This document shows positions 45,306-55,871 of a stretch of 64,000 bases of DNA, one piece after another (within the stretch, counting starts at the first letter, position 1; each line of letters starts with the position of its first letter). The DNA is from a virus. Both the position numbers and the translations under genes were made by a program. Below the pieces are notes generated by a model, which was not told the origin of the DNA, did not search any database, and saw nothing but the letters and a program-made list of their open reading frames with translations. Location of the stretch: the IMG/VR virus record IMGVR_UViG_3300049811_000333, positions 16,633-80,632 of that record. The stretch is one strand, 5' to 3'.

Positions 45306-45787
45306 TCCGGTTCGACGTCGATAAGCGGTCCGTCTCCTACATCACGAGCACCATCAACCGCATCAAACTCGCTCTCCGTGGCGGAGCCTCCGCCATGATG
45401 CGCGAGATCGGCGAGTTGATGGAGACCCAGCATCGCCGTCGCATCACCTCCGAAAAAACATCTCCGGACGGACAGGCTTGGACCCCCAACATTCGCGGCA
45501 CGTCCATTCTTTTCAAGACCGGCGCCCTGGCTTACGGGTTTCAGTCCCGGGCCAGCATGTTCACCGTTACGCTTGGCCCTCCGAGCCTTCCCTACTCCTA
45601 CATCCAGGAGTCCGGCGGCACGATGACGGGAAGCCCGCACATGGTCTTCCGGGCCAACGGCGATCTGATTTACGCGCGCAAAGCCAAGGTCCCAGCGCGC
45701 CCGTACATGGGCATCTCCCCGCAGAACTGGGTGGAGATCTCGCAGCTGGTTGACCGCCACATGAGCAGGATGTTCGGATGGCTGTAG
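45302..45787 (+). CDS. phage virion morphogenesis protein (Mu G / P2 S-like)
   Basis: SPDG..W.P, PARPYMGIS. Confidence 0.8.
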   Translation: MIRFDVDKRSVSYITSTINRIKLALRGGASAMMREIGELMETQHRRRITSEKTSPDGQAWTPNIRGTSILFKTGALAYGFQSRASMFTVTLGPPSLPYSYIQESGGTMTGSPHMVFRANGDLIYARKAKVPARPYMGISPQNWVEISQLVDRHMSRMFGWL

Positions 45788-46461
45788 AGCTCTCTCTGAG
45801 GCTGAACGCCTACCGGCAGGCCGTGGCCAACGCGATCCGGGAGGGCGTTCCTGATTTTCGCGACGTCAAGGTCCATGTCGGCTCGTTCGGCGTCGAGACG
45901 CTTGAGCGCTTTGTCCAGAACCCTCCCGCGGCCCGCATTTCGTTTCTTGGGATGCGCAGCCTCAAGCGGAACAACGTGGGCCAGCTGATTGGCCCCTGCA
46001 CGATGGCCGTGTTCGTCTTCGCCAAAGACCCATACACCAATCAGTCCTATGCGCCGGTCCTGGACCTGGCCGAGAAGACGGCCGACTTCATCGACATGAA
46101 CACCTTCGGTCTCGATTACGCAGCGGCTTGCTACGTGACCGACATCGAACCCATTTACTCGGAAGCCCTCGATAAGATCGGGTCCGGCCTTGTGACCATC
46201 ACCTTCCGCCAGGAAGTGACGATTGGCCGGTCGCGCGACCTTGTGGACGAGTCCGGCTTCTACCCGGATCTCTACGATCCCGAAGTGTTGGCCGCTGGCT
46301 GGCCCGGCAATGTTCGCGGCAACGCGTCTTCGAACCTGGGCGTTCCCAACGTGCTGCGTGACTTCCCAGGCCAGGTCTCTCCGCCAGAGGACTTCACGCA
46401 AGACCCGCCGGAGGACTTCATCCAGCAGGGTCCACACCCGGATGAGGATGAGACGCTGTGA
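45778..46461 (+). CDS. putative tail terminator/completion protein
   Basis: Position; V..H.G.F, PA.RI pattern. Confidence 0.55.
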   Translation: MAVELSLRLNAYRQAVANAIREGVPDFRDVKVHVGSFGVETLERFVQNPPAARISFLGMRSLKRNNVGQLIGPCTMAVFVFAKDPYTNQSYAPVLDLAEKTADFIDMNTFGLDYAAACYVTDIEPIYSEALDKIGSGLVTITFRQEVTIGRSRDLVDESGFYPDLYDPEVLAAGWPGNVRGNASSNLGVPNVLRDFPGQVSPPEDFTQDPPEDFIQQGPHPDEDETL

Positions 46462-46602
46462 AGGAAAAGTTCGCCGCCATCAAGCTCGTGATCGAGAAGC
46501 TCCTCAAAGAGATCGACGATCCGCAATCGCAGAAGATGCTGCGCTACATGCTGATGGGCATTACCGGCCTGCAGCTTTGGCTCCAATACTTCGGACTCTG
46601 AC

Positions 46603-47352
46603 ATGGACCTACCGACGCTTGTGCTTGAGCTCTCGCGTCGTCTCTACGACGCGGAGCGGCGCATCAACAATCTGATCCGACCCGCTCGCGTAACAGAGGT
46701 GGACACCAAGAAGGCTCTGATTAAGGTTGCCTACGCCCTCGATGAGCAGGACCAGGACGTCGTCTCTGGCTGGATCCCCTGGAGCCCGTCGCGGGCCGGG
46801 GAGATCAACAAGTGGGAGCCGCCATCCAAGGATGAGCAGGTTCTGATGGTCAATCTCGGTGGCGAGATTGGCCCCATGAGCATGATCACGTCCTCGCTGT
46901 GGTCCGGGAAGTACAAGCCGCCCCACGATAAGGGCGCCGAGAAAAAGACCACGGTCCGGGAGAACAAGAAGAACCCGGACGGCACCGAAGAACCGGACGA
47001 CAACCTGCCTGCCTACATCTCGCACTACAAGGCGAACAAGGATGATGGCGCGGTTGCCTACAAGAGCTCTCGGGACAAGTACAAGAACCCGACAAAGCAG
47101 GTCGAGGCTGTCACCGGCCAGGACCGGCAGATCGTGAAGGCCACCTCGGGTGGCGTCACGAACCAGCACACGCAAACGGCCAACGCCGACATCTATGACA
47201 ACCCCGGCGGAGATCGCTTCGTCAATTGCGCCAAGATTGCCTATGGCAAGAAGGGCGGGCCGAAGGACGGATCGGGCGGCACAGATTACGCCTCCGCATC
47301 CATTCCCAGTGGAGACAGCTTCAGCGGCTTTGACGGAGGGGTCACGGCATGA
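46603..47352 (+). CDS. baseplate spike protein (P2 gpV-like)
   Basis: N-terminal OB fold: NLIR..RV.EVD...SGWIPW...RAG...W.PPS.DEQV. Confidence 0.8.
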   Translation: MDLPTLVLELSRRLYDAERRINNLIRPARVTEVDTKKALIKVAYALDEQDQDVVSGWIPWSPSRAGEINKWEPPSKDEQVLMVNLGGEIGPMSMITSSLWSGKYKPPHDKGAEKKTTVRENKKNPDGTEEPDDNLPAYISHYKANKDDGAVAYKSSRDKYKNPTKQVEAVTGQDRQIVKATSGGVTNQHTQTANADIYDNPGGDRFVNCAKIAYGKKGGPKDGSGGTDYASASIPSGDSFSGFDGGVTA

Positions 47353-47801
47353 GCACGATGAGCCCTTCGCTCCTGGCCTCCCTGATCGCCAGCCTGGCCA
47401 ACCCGGATCACGAGTGGTCCGTGGCTTCAGCTGTGACGCACACCACGCCGTCCATGCCGGGCCTCACCCTGAATACGGGTGGTGTTACTCCACAGACAGT
47501 GACAGGTCCGGCCTCCGACGCGCTCGTGGACAAGACCTTCCAGCTGCAGTCCGACCCGCTGGGCCTCATCGTCGTCGTCATGGCGCACCTCAGGAATGCC
47601 GTCTTCGATGGCATGACGGTGTACTACCGCGGCTCCGGGTTCGAGACCGACAGCGAGGACCTCTACGATGCCATCGTGGCCATGGCCGATCCAGAGATCG
47701 TGACCATCCAGTCCGAGTTCGAGGCCATGATCCGCAAGAAGTTCGAAGCGGCCTCTGGCTCTGCCTCGGCCTCCCTGGTCTGCACAGCAACCAAGATTTG
47801 A
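47349..47801 (+). CDS. hypothetical protein
   Basis: ORF in baseplate operon. Confidence 0.55.
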   Translation: MSTMSPSLLASLIASLANPDHEWSVASAVTHTTPSMPGLTLNTGGVTPQTVTGPASDALVDKTFQLQSDPLGLIVVVMAHLRNAVFDGMTVYYRGSGFETDSEDLYDAIVAMADPEIVTIQSEFEAMIRKKFEAASGSASASLVCTATKI

Positions 47802-47809
47802 GGTGACGC

Positions 47810-48082
47810 ATGCACGGTGTAGCACGCCGCAACGTCGACACGGCCGCTGGCCCGCAGATAGGCGTCAACCAGACCTGGATCACTGTTGAGAATGAGCTCT
47901 GGATGGTTCTTGGCGACATCAACCAGCCGCATGAGCCGTACCCCCATAAGCCCGGCGGTGACAACATGGTGCAGGGCTCGTCCTGGATCACCATCGACAA
48001 CATCCCGGTTTGCCGTGAAGGCCACCTTGCTGGCTGCGGACATCCAACGACGGGATCTCAATTCATGTTCCTGTCGGATTAA
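47810..48082 (+). CDS. PAAR-like spike tip protein
   Basis: PH...H...GSSWITI.NIPVCREG.LAGCGH. Confidence 0.8.
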   Translation: MHGVARRNVDTAAGPQIGVNQTWITVENELWMVLGDINQPHEPYPHKPGGDNMVQGSSWITIDNIPVCREGHLAGCGHPTTGSQFMFLSD

Positions 48083-48093
48083 GAGGAAGAACA

Positions 48094-48288
48094 ATGGCAC
48101 TCTACAAAGTCATCGCCAGCGCCTGGATCTACGGCAAGCATTACCAGGTCGGCAGCAACATCGAGCTCAACGACAAGCAGGCCAAGTACGAGATCCTCAG
48201 CGGAACCGTTGCCCCTGCCCCAGTCTCGGCCCCCAAGCCGGTTCTGAGCACCAAGAAGAAGCCGGACCTCAACGCTAAGGATCTCTGA
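48094..48288 (+). CDS. hypothetical protein
   Basis: GAGGA RBS; G..IEL.DKQAKY. Confidence 0.55.
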   Translation: MALYKVIASAWIYGKHYQVGSNIELNDKQAKYEILSGTVAPAPVSAPKPVLSTKKKPDLNAKDL

Positions 48289-48290
48289 CC

Positions 48291-48659
48291 ATGTCCTCAG
48301 TCGGCGTCAATCGGATCGACGGCAATGTCCTGACTGACTGGAAACACGTCATGCAGAGCATTCTCGACATCATGACGACGCCGATTGGCACGCGCGTGAT
48401 GCGCCGCGACTACGGGTCTGACATTCCGAACCTGATCGACCGGCCGCAAGGCCGCGACACGGTTCTTGAGGTCACAATGGCCCTTGGTGAGGCCTTGGAG
48501 TTGTGGGAGCCGCGGTTCCGATTGAGCCAGGTCTACATCACGGATGCCGGGCCCGATGGCGAAATGACCATCGCCATCAAGGGCGACTACTACCCTCGTG
48601 GCCATCTCGGTGATTTCACAACGGTCGAGACTGATCGTGACCTGACCCTCTACATTTAA
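48291..48659 (+). CDS. baseplate wedge protein (P2 gpW / T4 gp25-like)
   Basis: H..QSI.DI.TTP.GTRVMRRDYGS...WEPR. Confidence 0.92.
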   Translation: MSSVGVNRIDGNVLTDWKHVMQSILDIMTTPIGTRVMRRDYGSDIPNLIDRPQGRDTVLEVTMALGEALELWEPRFRLSQVYITDAGPDGEMTIAIKGDYYPRGHLGDFTTVETDRDLTLYI

Positions 48660-48668
48660 GGAGAGGCC

Positions 48669-49556
48669 ATGAGCCGTTTCGTCGCCGTCGATCTCACAGG
48701 CTTGACGCCTCCAGATGTGGTCGAGACGCTCGTCTACGAGGACATCCTTGAGGCCCTGAAGGCCGATTGTGTCGCCCGCATGGAAGATATGGGCGTCGAC
48801 TACAACGTCCAGATGCTGGAGAGCGACCCGGTCGTCAAGATCCTGGAGGTCGCCGCCTATCGGGAGATGCTCCTGCGGGCGCGCGTCAACGACGCGGCCC
48901 GCGCTGTGATGCTGGCCTTCGCCCAGAAGGCTGACCTCGAACACCTTGGTGTCTACTACGGCGTCGAGCGTGACATCGTCACCCCGGCCACGGACACGGC
49001 TCCGGCTGTTTATGAGAGCGACGCCCGGTTGCGCCAGCGCGTTCAGCTGGCGCCTGAGGCGTTCTCCACGGCCGGTCCTGAAGGGGCCTACGCCTTCCAT
49101 ACGATGAGCCTGGATCCGTCCATTAAGAGCGTCCAGGTTTACTCCCCCAATCCCGGTGAGGTGCATGTCCTGCCCCTGACCGATGTCGGCAACGGCATCC
49201 CATCAGCCAGCCTTCTGAGCGCTATCCGTATCCGCCTTGCAGAGGAAGACATTCGGCCTCTGACCGACATGGTGTTCGTGCGCGCCCCGACCACGGTTGA
49301 GTTTGCGGTCTCCGTCAATCTCAGTGTGGCTGAGGGCCCGGACCCGCTGGTTGTGAAGGCCGCTTCGCTCGCCTCCATCAACGCCTACCTGTCCAGCCGC
49401 CATCGAGTTGGGACGTCCGTCAAGATGTCCGGCCTCATCGCGGCAGCCATGGTCCCCGGCGTCGAAGACGTCGAGCTCGTGTCGCCTATAAGCGACATCG
49501 AGCCAGCTGAAGATGAGGTGGCCTACGCCACGACGAAAACGGTGACCGTGGTATGA
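48669..49556 (+). CDS. baseplate assembly protein J
   Basis: ESDP..KILEV.AYRE..LR.RVN, FSTAGPEGAY, RPLTD.V. Confidence 0.92.
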   Translation: MSRFVAVDLTGLTPPDVVETLVYEDILEALKADCVARMEDMGVDYNVQMLESDPVVKILEVAAYREMLLRARVNDAARAVMLAFAQKADLEHLGVYYGVERDIVTPATDTAPAVYESDARLRQRVQLAPEAFSTAGPEGAYAFHTMSLDPSIKSVQVYSPNPGEVHVLPLTDVGNGIPSASLLSAIRIRLAEEDIRPLTDMVFVRAPTTVEFAVSVNLSVAEGPDPLVVKAASLASINAYLSSRHRVGTSVKMSGLIAAAMVPGVEDVELVSPISDIEPAEDEVAYATTKTVTVV

Positions 49557-50929
49557 GCACCTTCCCTGATCTTCTCCCTCCCAACTCCACACAGCTAGAG
49601 CGCGCCCTGTCCGGACCGACAGGGCGCTTGACGGACATCGGGACCCCCGTTGATGCCGTCTGGCGCTGGGATGAGTGCCCCGAAGACCTCTTGCCTTGGC
49701 TGGCATGGGCGATGTCGGCGGACTTCTGGGATGAAGACTGGAGCCCGGAAAGAAAGCGCAACCTGATCCGCGAGAGCTTCGAGCTCCACCGGAAGAAGGG
49801 CACCCTCTACGGCATCAAGCGCTACCTCAGATATGCCGACGCTGAACTCCTGCGCGCGATTGTGTGCCCGGACATCGGCTTCGCCTCTGGATCCATGTCG
49901 AGCGATGAGCGGGCGGCCTGGCTGAACAGGTTCCCGCAGATCCGCATTTACGATTACCTTGACCGCGGCGTGGCCTCCAAGGGCGCCTTCACCAAGGGCG
50001 CCTGGGGACTTGCTAAGACCTTCCTCGGCGCTGGTGTGTCCGGGTACGCCAAGGCCACCTGCTTCCCGCATGAAACTGATGCGTGGGAGCGCTGGGGCCG
50101 CAGGCCATTCCTCTGGGACCAGGGCGATCATCCGCTCGCAACCGGCGTCAACAAGCCGATCTTGTGGTCCGCCAGGGCCAACGATCTGGGAGGCATGTTC
50201 TCCTACACCTGGGAGCGCCTCATGCTCCCGCTGGACGAGTTGAACAACCTCTGGATTGGGGCTAACGCGGCCGGAAACAACAAGGTCAATGGCCGCTGGT
50301 TCTGCGTCCCGTCCATGGCCCCGCAGCGTGTCGTGACGGTCAACATCATCAAGGATCATCTGGATGATGAGGACAAGGTCCGGTGGCGCTTTGCTGTGCC
50401 CCCGTCCCTGGATCCGATCAACGTCACGCCGGAACTGGCCTTTGACCCCGGAACCTCGAAGCTTGGCGTCAACATCTTCTGTGGTCACGTCGGACGCTGG
50501 CTGAACCCTGAGACGCAAGAGAGGAAACCCATCCGTGGCTTCCTGCAGGGCTATCTGCCGCCGACGACATCGCGCAACCGGATCTACGACCGCATCGCCC
50601 TGCACGACAAGAAGCGCCTCCCGAACGGCAAGCCGTTCACCAGGCACCTTGGCGACATCAGGCTTGGGATGCCGCCCTATCATGCTGAGTTGAGCGTCTC
50701 CATCAAGGGGAAGAGAGCATTCCGACAGGCCGGGGCGTTTGTCTACGGCTTCACTCTCACCTCCGACATGAAGCATCTGACCAATGCCCGCAAGGCCATC
50801 ATCAGCGCGAAGAGCCTGCGAGACAAAATTCTTATGAAGACCAACCTGCACACCATTGTCCAGGTTGGCCCCGACACTGAAGTGGGCAGCGACACGCGCG
50901 TTGGCCGTGCGCAGCTTCTGCTGACATAA
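49553..50929 (+). CDS. tail protein I (P2 gpI-like) with long C-terminal extension
   Basis: LLPPNST.LERAL, CP..LLPWLAW..S.D.W, H..KGT. Confidence 0.85.
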   Translation: MSTFPDLLPPNSTQLERALSGPTGRLTDIGTPVDAVWRWDECPEDLLPWLAWAMSADFWDEDWSPERKRNLIRESFELHRKKGTLYGIKRYLRYADAELLRAIVCPDIGFASGSMSSDERAAWLNRFPQIRIYDYLDRGVASKGAFTKGAWGLAKTFLGAGVSGYAKATCFPHETDAWERWGRRPFLWDQGDHPLATGVNKPILWSARANDLGGMFSYTWERLMLPLDELNNLWIGANAAGNNKVNGRWFCVPSMAPQRVVTVNIIKDHLDDEDKVRWRFAVPPSLDPINVTPELAFDPGTSKLGVNIFCGHVGRWLNPETQERKPIRGFLQGYLPPTTSRNRIYDRIALHDKKRLPNGKPFTRHLGDIRLGMPPYHAELSVSIKGKRAFRQAGAFVYGFTLTSDMKHLTNARKAIISAKSLRDKILMKTNLHTIVQVGPDTEVGSDTRVGRAQLLLT

Positions 50930-50940
50930 CGGAGACTCCT

Positions 50941-53238
50941 TTGGAAAAGCTCGTTAAGTATAGGGACCGCCAGGAACTCCAGGCGGTCGACCTCACCAAC
51001 ACCGGGGAGTTCGCGCAGGCCTCCCTCGATCACATCGTTTACGATGGGATCAGCGACCTGAAGCACTGGGTTGAGTTCACGGTTACCAAGAGCGCCACCG
51101 CGGAAGTGACCGTGGGTGACGGCCGCATCTACTCCAGCGGCGCTGTGTATGTTGCCGAGGCCGACACCGTCTTCGACGTCCTGGCTCACCTCCCGGCCGT
51201 CAACAAGCGGTACGCAGCCATTGTCGGCTGGGGCCAGTCCATTGACACGGACACCCAGCCGCGCGACTTCCTCATCGACGCAATGGAAGGCACGACGGAG
51301 CCGCAGGCCGTGGCCATGCAGCGCCTCCGTAAGGCCAACATCAACATCGTCTACGGCACGGAAGAAGCCCAGCCGCAGAAGCCGACCATCGACAGCGCCA
51401 ACGTCGTGATTGCCTGGGTTCTCCTGAACCCGTCCGACGTTGAAAGCATCGAGATGGAGACCTCGAACAAGCTTCCGCAGGTCAACCGCAACAAGACGGC
51501 GATTGATGCCCTTGAGTCCTGGAAGTCTCTGGTGTCGTCGCGCGTCGACGCCCTGGCTTCGGAACTGGCCAAAATCATCGCCCGCATTGGCAACCTTGGC
51601 GCTGAGAACGACATTGCCCGCGTGGCCTATGACGTTGCCCGCCTGAAAGAAATCGCTGAGCTCGAAGACGCCTACACCGATTACGGTGCAGACCGCTTCC
51701 TCGACATCAATGAGTCCGACACCGAGCACGTCAACTACCTCGCCAAAGTCGAGGAAGGCGTTCGCTTCGATGACGACGCGGCCAACGAGACGGCGATTGC
51801 CCTCTTCAACCCCATCGAGCCCAACGTCAAGGTCTCGTCCGGGCTGATCCTGCCGACCTACACCGAGCGCCACGTCCCGATTGTGACCGGCTTCCAGCAG
51901 GCGCAGTCGATCTCGCAGTATACCTACCAGGCCCACTCCTGCGTCCAGAAGACCATGGCCCGTACCCGCATCCGGTACGGTGAAGACAAGACGGTTTGCA
52001 CCAACGGTGCCTGGTGGCGCGCTGGTCAGTATGACCGCGCCACGGAGACCTTCCGGATCGGCAACGAAACCTGGCAGGTGCTGAACGGCATCCCGGATAC
52101 GAACGGCGGCCGCGTCCACTGGATCCGCCTCCGCCGCTTCTGGATGGATGAGTACACCGAGACCTACTGGGAACACATCGTTCTCAATCACACGATCAAC
52201 GGGTCGCTCATCTCGCAGACGTTCCTCCAGCCGCAGACGGCCTGGGTGACGGGCATCGGCCTCTACTTCACGTCGAAGGGCCCGTCCGGCGACGTGAACG
52301 TGCTGATCTGTGAGACCGAGCACGGCATGCCCGCTCTGTCGAAGATCATCTCGAAGACGACGCTCGCCTACGCCAACATCCTGACATCGACCAATGCGTC
52401 GACGGTCACGAAGGTTGCGATCCAGCCGACGCTTCTGGAGTCCGGCAAGCGCTATGCCGTCGTCCTGATTACGGGCGGCAACCACTACGTGGGCATGGCC
52501 CCTGGCACGGCTTACGCCCAGGGCACGTTCTTCGTGTCCGTGGACGGCGCCTACCAGATCGGCTCGTTCGAGCGCGACATGATGTTCTCGCTCTACCAGG
52601 CCCAGTTCCCCGTGACGCGCCGCGAAATCAACCTCCAGGCTCTGTCGCTGTCGGGCGGCATCGCGGCCATCGACATCACGGCCGCCATGGCGGTTCCGGA
52701 AAGCTGCCAGCTGACCTTCGAATGTCAGATTGGTGGCGTCTGGAAGCCCCTGACGGAAGTGTCGTCCGGCAACACGATCCTGTACGGCCTCCCGGCCCTG
52801 ATCCCGTTCCGTGCCGTTTTCACCGGCACCACGGACATCCAGCCGGGCATCGACACCACGGCGAGCCGCCTCTTCTACTCGCGCCCCCGGACGACCTTCA
52901 AGCACCTCTCCGAGAGCATCACGGTCGGCACGCCGACCCGGACGTTCAAGGTGGTGGTGATCCTGGAGAACTACTACGAGACCAACCACAACTGCACCTG
53001 CACCATCCAGGTTGGCGGGGCTGGTGGTGAAATCTCTCCGGGCTCGACGACGGACGTGGAGCTCGATCCGCCGGTTGACGCGCGCTCTGTGAACCACAAG
53101 CGCATCAAGCGGACGTTCTCGTGGACACCGACCCAGATCGCGTCGAACCAGACCATCTTCCGCATCACGCTGGATGGCACGACCACCTCGGCCCTGGATA
53201 CGTTCCACGTCGCTGAGCGTGTCCACCTGGCCTTCTAA
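50941..53238 (+). CDS. large baseplate/tail structural protein (DUF4815-like)
   Basis: D.FLD..ESD, QTFLQ...TGIGLYF, L..GKRYAVVL. Confidence 0.65.
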   Translation: MEKLVKYRDRQELQAVDLTNTGEFAQASLDHIVYDGISDLKHWVEFTVTKSATAEVTVGDGRIYSSGAVYVAEADTVFDVLAHLPAVNKRYAAIVGWGQSIDTDTQPRDFLIDAMEGTTEPQAVAMQRLRKANINIVYGTEEAQPQKPTIDSANVVIAWVLLNPSDVESIEMETSNKLPQVNRNKTAIDALESWKSLVSSRVDALASELAKIIARIGNLGAENDIARVAYDVARLKEIAELEDAYTDYGADRFLDINESDTEHVNYLAKVEEGVRFDDDAANETAIALFNPIEPNVKVSSGLILPTYTERHVPIVTGFQQAQSISQYTYQAHSCVQKTMARTRIRYGEDKTVCTNGAWWRAGQYDRATETFRIGNETWQVLNGIPDTNGGRVHWIRLRRFWMDEYTETYWEHIVLNHTINGSLISQTFLQPQTAWVTGIGLYFTSKGPSGDVNVLICETEHGMPALSKIISKTTLAYANILTSTNASTVTKVAIQPTLLESGKRYAVVLITGGNHYVGMAPGTAYAQGTFFVSVDGAYQIGSFERDMMFSLYQAQFPVTRREINLQALSLSGGIAAIDITAAMAVPESCQLTFECQIGGVWKPLTEVSSGNTILYGLPALIPFRAVFTGTTDIQPGIDTTASRLFYSRPRTTFKHLSESITVGTPTRTFKVVVILENYYETNHNCTCTIQVGGAGGEISPGSTTDVELDPPVDARSVNHKRIKRTFSWTPTQIASNQTIFRITLDGTTTSALDTFHVAERVHLAF

Positions 53239-53247
53239 AGGTGATCC

Positions 53248-53412
53248 ATGCCTGAAGTGATTGACGACGACAAGCAGTACAAGATCCGCGTGAAGAAGCC
53301 CGTTAAGGTTGGTGCCGATACCCTTCGGCCCAACATGGCGCGCATTCTCGTGTCCGGCGCGACCCTGAAGGAAATCCAGGAAGACGTCCTGGACTATGAG
53401 GAGTTCAACTGA
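53248..53412 (+). CDS. small hypothetical protein
   Basis: AGGTG RBS; 54 aa; stop overlaps next start. Confidence 0.5.
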   Translation: MPEVIDDDKQYKIRVKKPVKVGADTLRPNMARILVSGATLKEIQEDVLDYEEFN

Positions 53413-54677
53413 TGACCAGTCGGTGGACCGAATATCGGACGGAAAATGGAGACGTCCTCGATGAGAGCTTCTTCAACAACCGATTGAAGTCCATCGACAA
53501 GCGCGTCACGGACCTTGAGGTCTCGCTGACGGGGCTTGAGGGTGAAACGTCGGGCCTCGTCAGAGACTCGATTGCCGCCCTCAACGCCGCCTCTGCGGCC
53601 GCCCAGGTCGAGTTCCAGAATGCTCTCGACGCCGCCCTGGCGGACGTGATCCAGGCCCAGTCCGACATCGCCGACCTCACAGACGAAGTCGACGCCCTTC
53701 TCGGTACCCTGGGAACCAACTTCCAGGTGGATTGCGAGAACGGCTCCAAGGTGCAGATCCGCGGCTCGGCTACGCCAGCCGCGGCGCCTGCCGCTGGGGC
53801 TATCGATCCGCGCGAGCTCTACATCAATTACGCCGACAAGAAGCTCTACTACAAGAACTCCTCCGGCGTGGTGGAGTCCGTCGATCTCAACACGACGGGC
53901 GCCAACCTTCTGACTAAGATCCTGGCCGAAGCCAACTTCGGCTCCAGCATCCTGGCCAAGCTTCTTCTGGTTGACGGCGTCGGGTCTGGACTGGACGCCG
54001 ATACGCTGGACGGACAGCACGCCTCGTCGTTCGCTGCGGCTTCGCACACCCACACCGGGTACGTGTCGAAGGGCGGCGACACGGTGAACGGCACGTTCGG
54101 GGTTGTCGCCAACTCCAACGACCCGGCCATGAAGGTCACCCAGACTGGTGCTGGGGATGCCTTCCAGGTCGATCACGATGGCCTCGGAACCGATATGTTC
54201 CGGGTTGGCAACGATGGCGTCGTCTACTGCAAGCAGCTGGTTGTCACGGATGTCGCGGCCCTGCGCACGGCGCTGGCCGTCGCGGCCTTGGCCTCTCCGG
54301 CCTTCAGTGGAACGCCGACCGCCCCGACCCCGGCCGCTGACGACAATACGACGAAGATTGCCACAACGGCTTACGTCCAGGGAGAGCTCAGTGACCGCGT
54401 TATTACTGCTCGCACTGTTACTGGGTCTGGCCTTGCTGGCGGCGGCGGTGATCTATCCGCTAACCGAACTATTGATGTCCCCAAAGCCTCTCAGGCTCAA
54501 GCCGAGGCCGGGACGGACGACGCGACGGCGATGACGCCCTTGCAGACCAAGAACGCCATCACGGCCCTCGCCCCGTCCCTCACGACGCTCAAGTGGATGG
54601 GCCACAACCTAACGATCTCAACCTCGGCCCCGTCCGGCGGCGCTGATGGGGACGTGTGGTTTGAAAGGCAGGCGTAA
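53412..54677 (+). CDS. tail fibre protein
   Basis: DG.GSGLDADTLDG, SPAFSGTPTAPT..DN.TKIATTAYV, GGGDLSANRT, APSGG.DGDVW. Confidence 0.85.
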   Translation: MTSRWTEYRTENGDVLDESFFNNRLKSIDKRVTDLEVSLTGLEGETSGLVRDSIAALNAASAAAQVEFQNALDAALADVIQAQSDIADLTDEVDALLGTLGTNFQVDCENGSKVQIRGSATPAAAPAAGAIDPRELYINYADKKLYYKNSSGVVESVDLNTTGANLLTKILAEANFGSSILAKLLLVDGVGSGLDADTLDGQHASSFAAASHTHTGYVSKGGDTVNGTFGVVANSNDPAMKVTQTGAGDAFQVDHDGLGTDMFRVGNDGVVYCKQLVVTDVAALRTALAVAALASPAFSGTPTAPTPAADDNTTKIATTAYVQGELSDRVITARTVTGSGLAGGGGDLSANRTIDVPKASQAQAEAGTDDATAMTPLQTKNAITALAPSLTTLKWMGHNLTISTSAPSGGADGDVWFERQA

Positions 54678-55430
54678 ATGCCTAACATCTACACCAAGGT
54701 CGGGACGACCTGGAAGCAAGTCACCAAGGTTCACGTCAAGATTGGATCAACCTGGAAGGTCGTCAACAGCGTCTACATCAAGGTCGGATCCGTATGGAAG
54801 CAGGTATACACTGGCGTTACGCCTGGCTCCATTACCTACACCACAGCCGGAACCAACAACTTTACCGTACCAGCCTACAATACGCTTGAGGTTGAATTGT
54901 GGGGCGCTGGTGGCGGTGGTGGCGCTGCCACAAGGCCAGCTTCAACCGTTCTCTACTCGTCTGGCAGCCCAGGCGGCGCTTCGAAATGGAATGGCGGCGC
55001 GGCCTCTGGGAAGCCTGAGGCTGGTGGCGGCGGCGGTGGCGGCTCAGGAAATGGCGCAGCTGGAACGGCCAGCAACGGCGACATCAACACCTCTGGCGGC
55101 ACTGGCAGCAGCGCCAACGGCGCAGCTGGCGCCAATGGTGGGGCTGGTGGTCAGGCTGGAACGCCCCCGGCCGGGCCCGGAACCATCAACGCAGTCTCTG
55201 GTGGTACGGCCCCTGGCGGCGGTGGCGCCGCTGACGGCGTCTACTACTACGCGGCCGGTTATTACTCCGCCTATGCCAAGGGCGGCGGTGGTGGCGCCTA
55301 CTGCAAGAAGACCTACAGCTCTGGAGCCTACGCCACTGGCGCAACAGTCGCCGTCGTTGTTGGCGCCGCTGGCGCTGGTAGCGGCGGCACCTCTGGCGCT
55401 GTAGGCCGCGCAAAAATTACATGGAGCTAG
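54678..55430 (+). CDS. glycine-rich fibre tip / adhesin
   Basis: Three xKVG.TWK repeats then WGAGGGGG...GGGGGAY poly-Gly motifs. Confidence 0.7.
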   Translation: MPNIYTKVGTTWKQVTKVHVKIGSTWKVVNSVYIKVGSVWKQVYTGVTPGSITYTTAGTNNFTVPAYNTLEVELWGAGGGGGAATRPASTVLYSSGSPGGASKWNGGAASGKPEAGGGGGGGSGNGAAGTASNGDINTSGGTGSSANGAAGANGGAGGQAGTPPAGPGTINAVSGGTAPGGGGAADGVYYYAAGYYSAYAKGGGGGAYCKKTYSSGAYATGATVAVVVGAAGAGSGGTSGAVGRAKITWS

Positions 55431-55431
55431 C

Positions 55432-55809
55432 ATGGACAGCGTCTCCTGGGCCAACGGGCGCGGCGTGATTAGCTGCGACCTTGGCTCGATGCTCTTTTCT
55501 GAAAAGCCAGACCTCTCCTTCGAGTTCGACGCCCTCTACTACGAGGAGACGCTGATGAAGAAGGTCATTGATGACGTTGATCACGCCCTATCTCCTGAAG
55601 AGATTACTGAAATTGAGGCATGGATCGAAGCTCAACTTGAGCTCCCTCTCCTCATCAACGGTGTCGACGCAGAAGGGAACTACCTTGAAGGTGTCCCGGA
55701 GTCTGCCGTTGTGAAAACGGTGAATATGCCACCCCCGTCACAGACGGGGTGGCGCTACGACTTCGAAGCATCTGCGGCCGGTGGCGACCACTGGGTTCAG
55801 ACGCAATAG
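55432..55809 (+). CDS. putative tail fibre assembly protein
   Basis: Acidic; VDAEGNYL...PP...W.YD; follows fibre genes. Confidence 0.5.
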   Translation: MDSVSWANGRGVISCDLGSMLFSEKPDLSFEFDALYYEETLMKKVIDDVDHALSPEEITEIEAWIEAQLELPLLINGVDAEGNYLEGVPESAVVKTVNMPPPSQTGWRYDFEASAAGGDHWVQTQ

Positions 55810-55871
55810 GCACCATAACAATCTGACGAACATGCGGCTCCCTCGGGGGCCTATTTGTTTTGGAGAAACGC

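Noticed and set aside
53412-55809. Diversity-generating retroelement or invertible fibre cassette
   Set aside because: No reverse transcriptase, template/variable repeat pair or invertase seen
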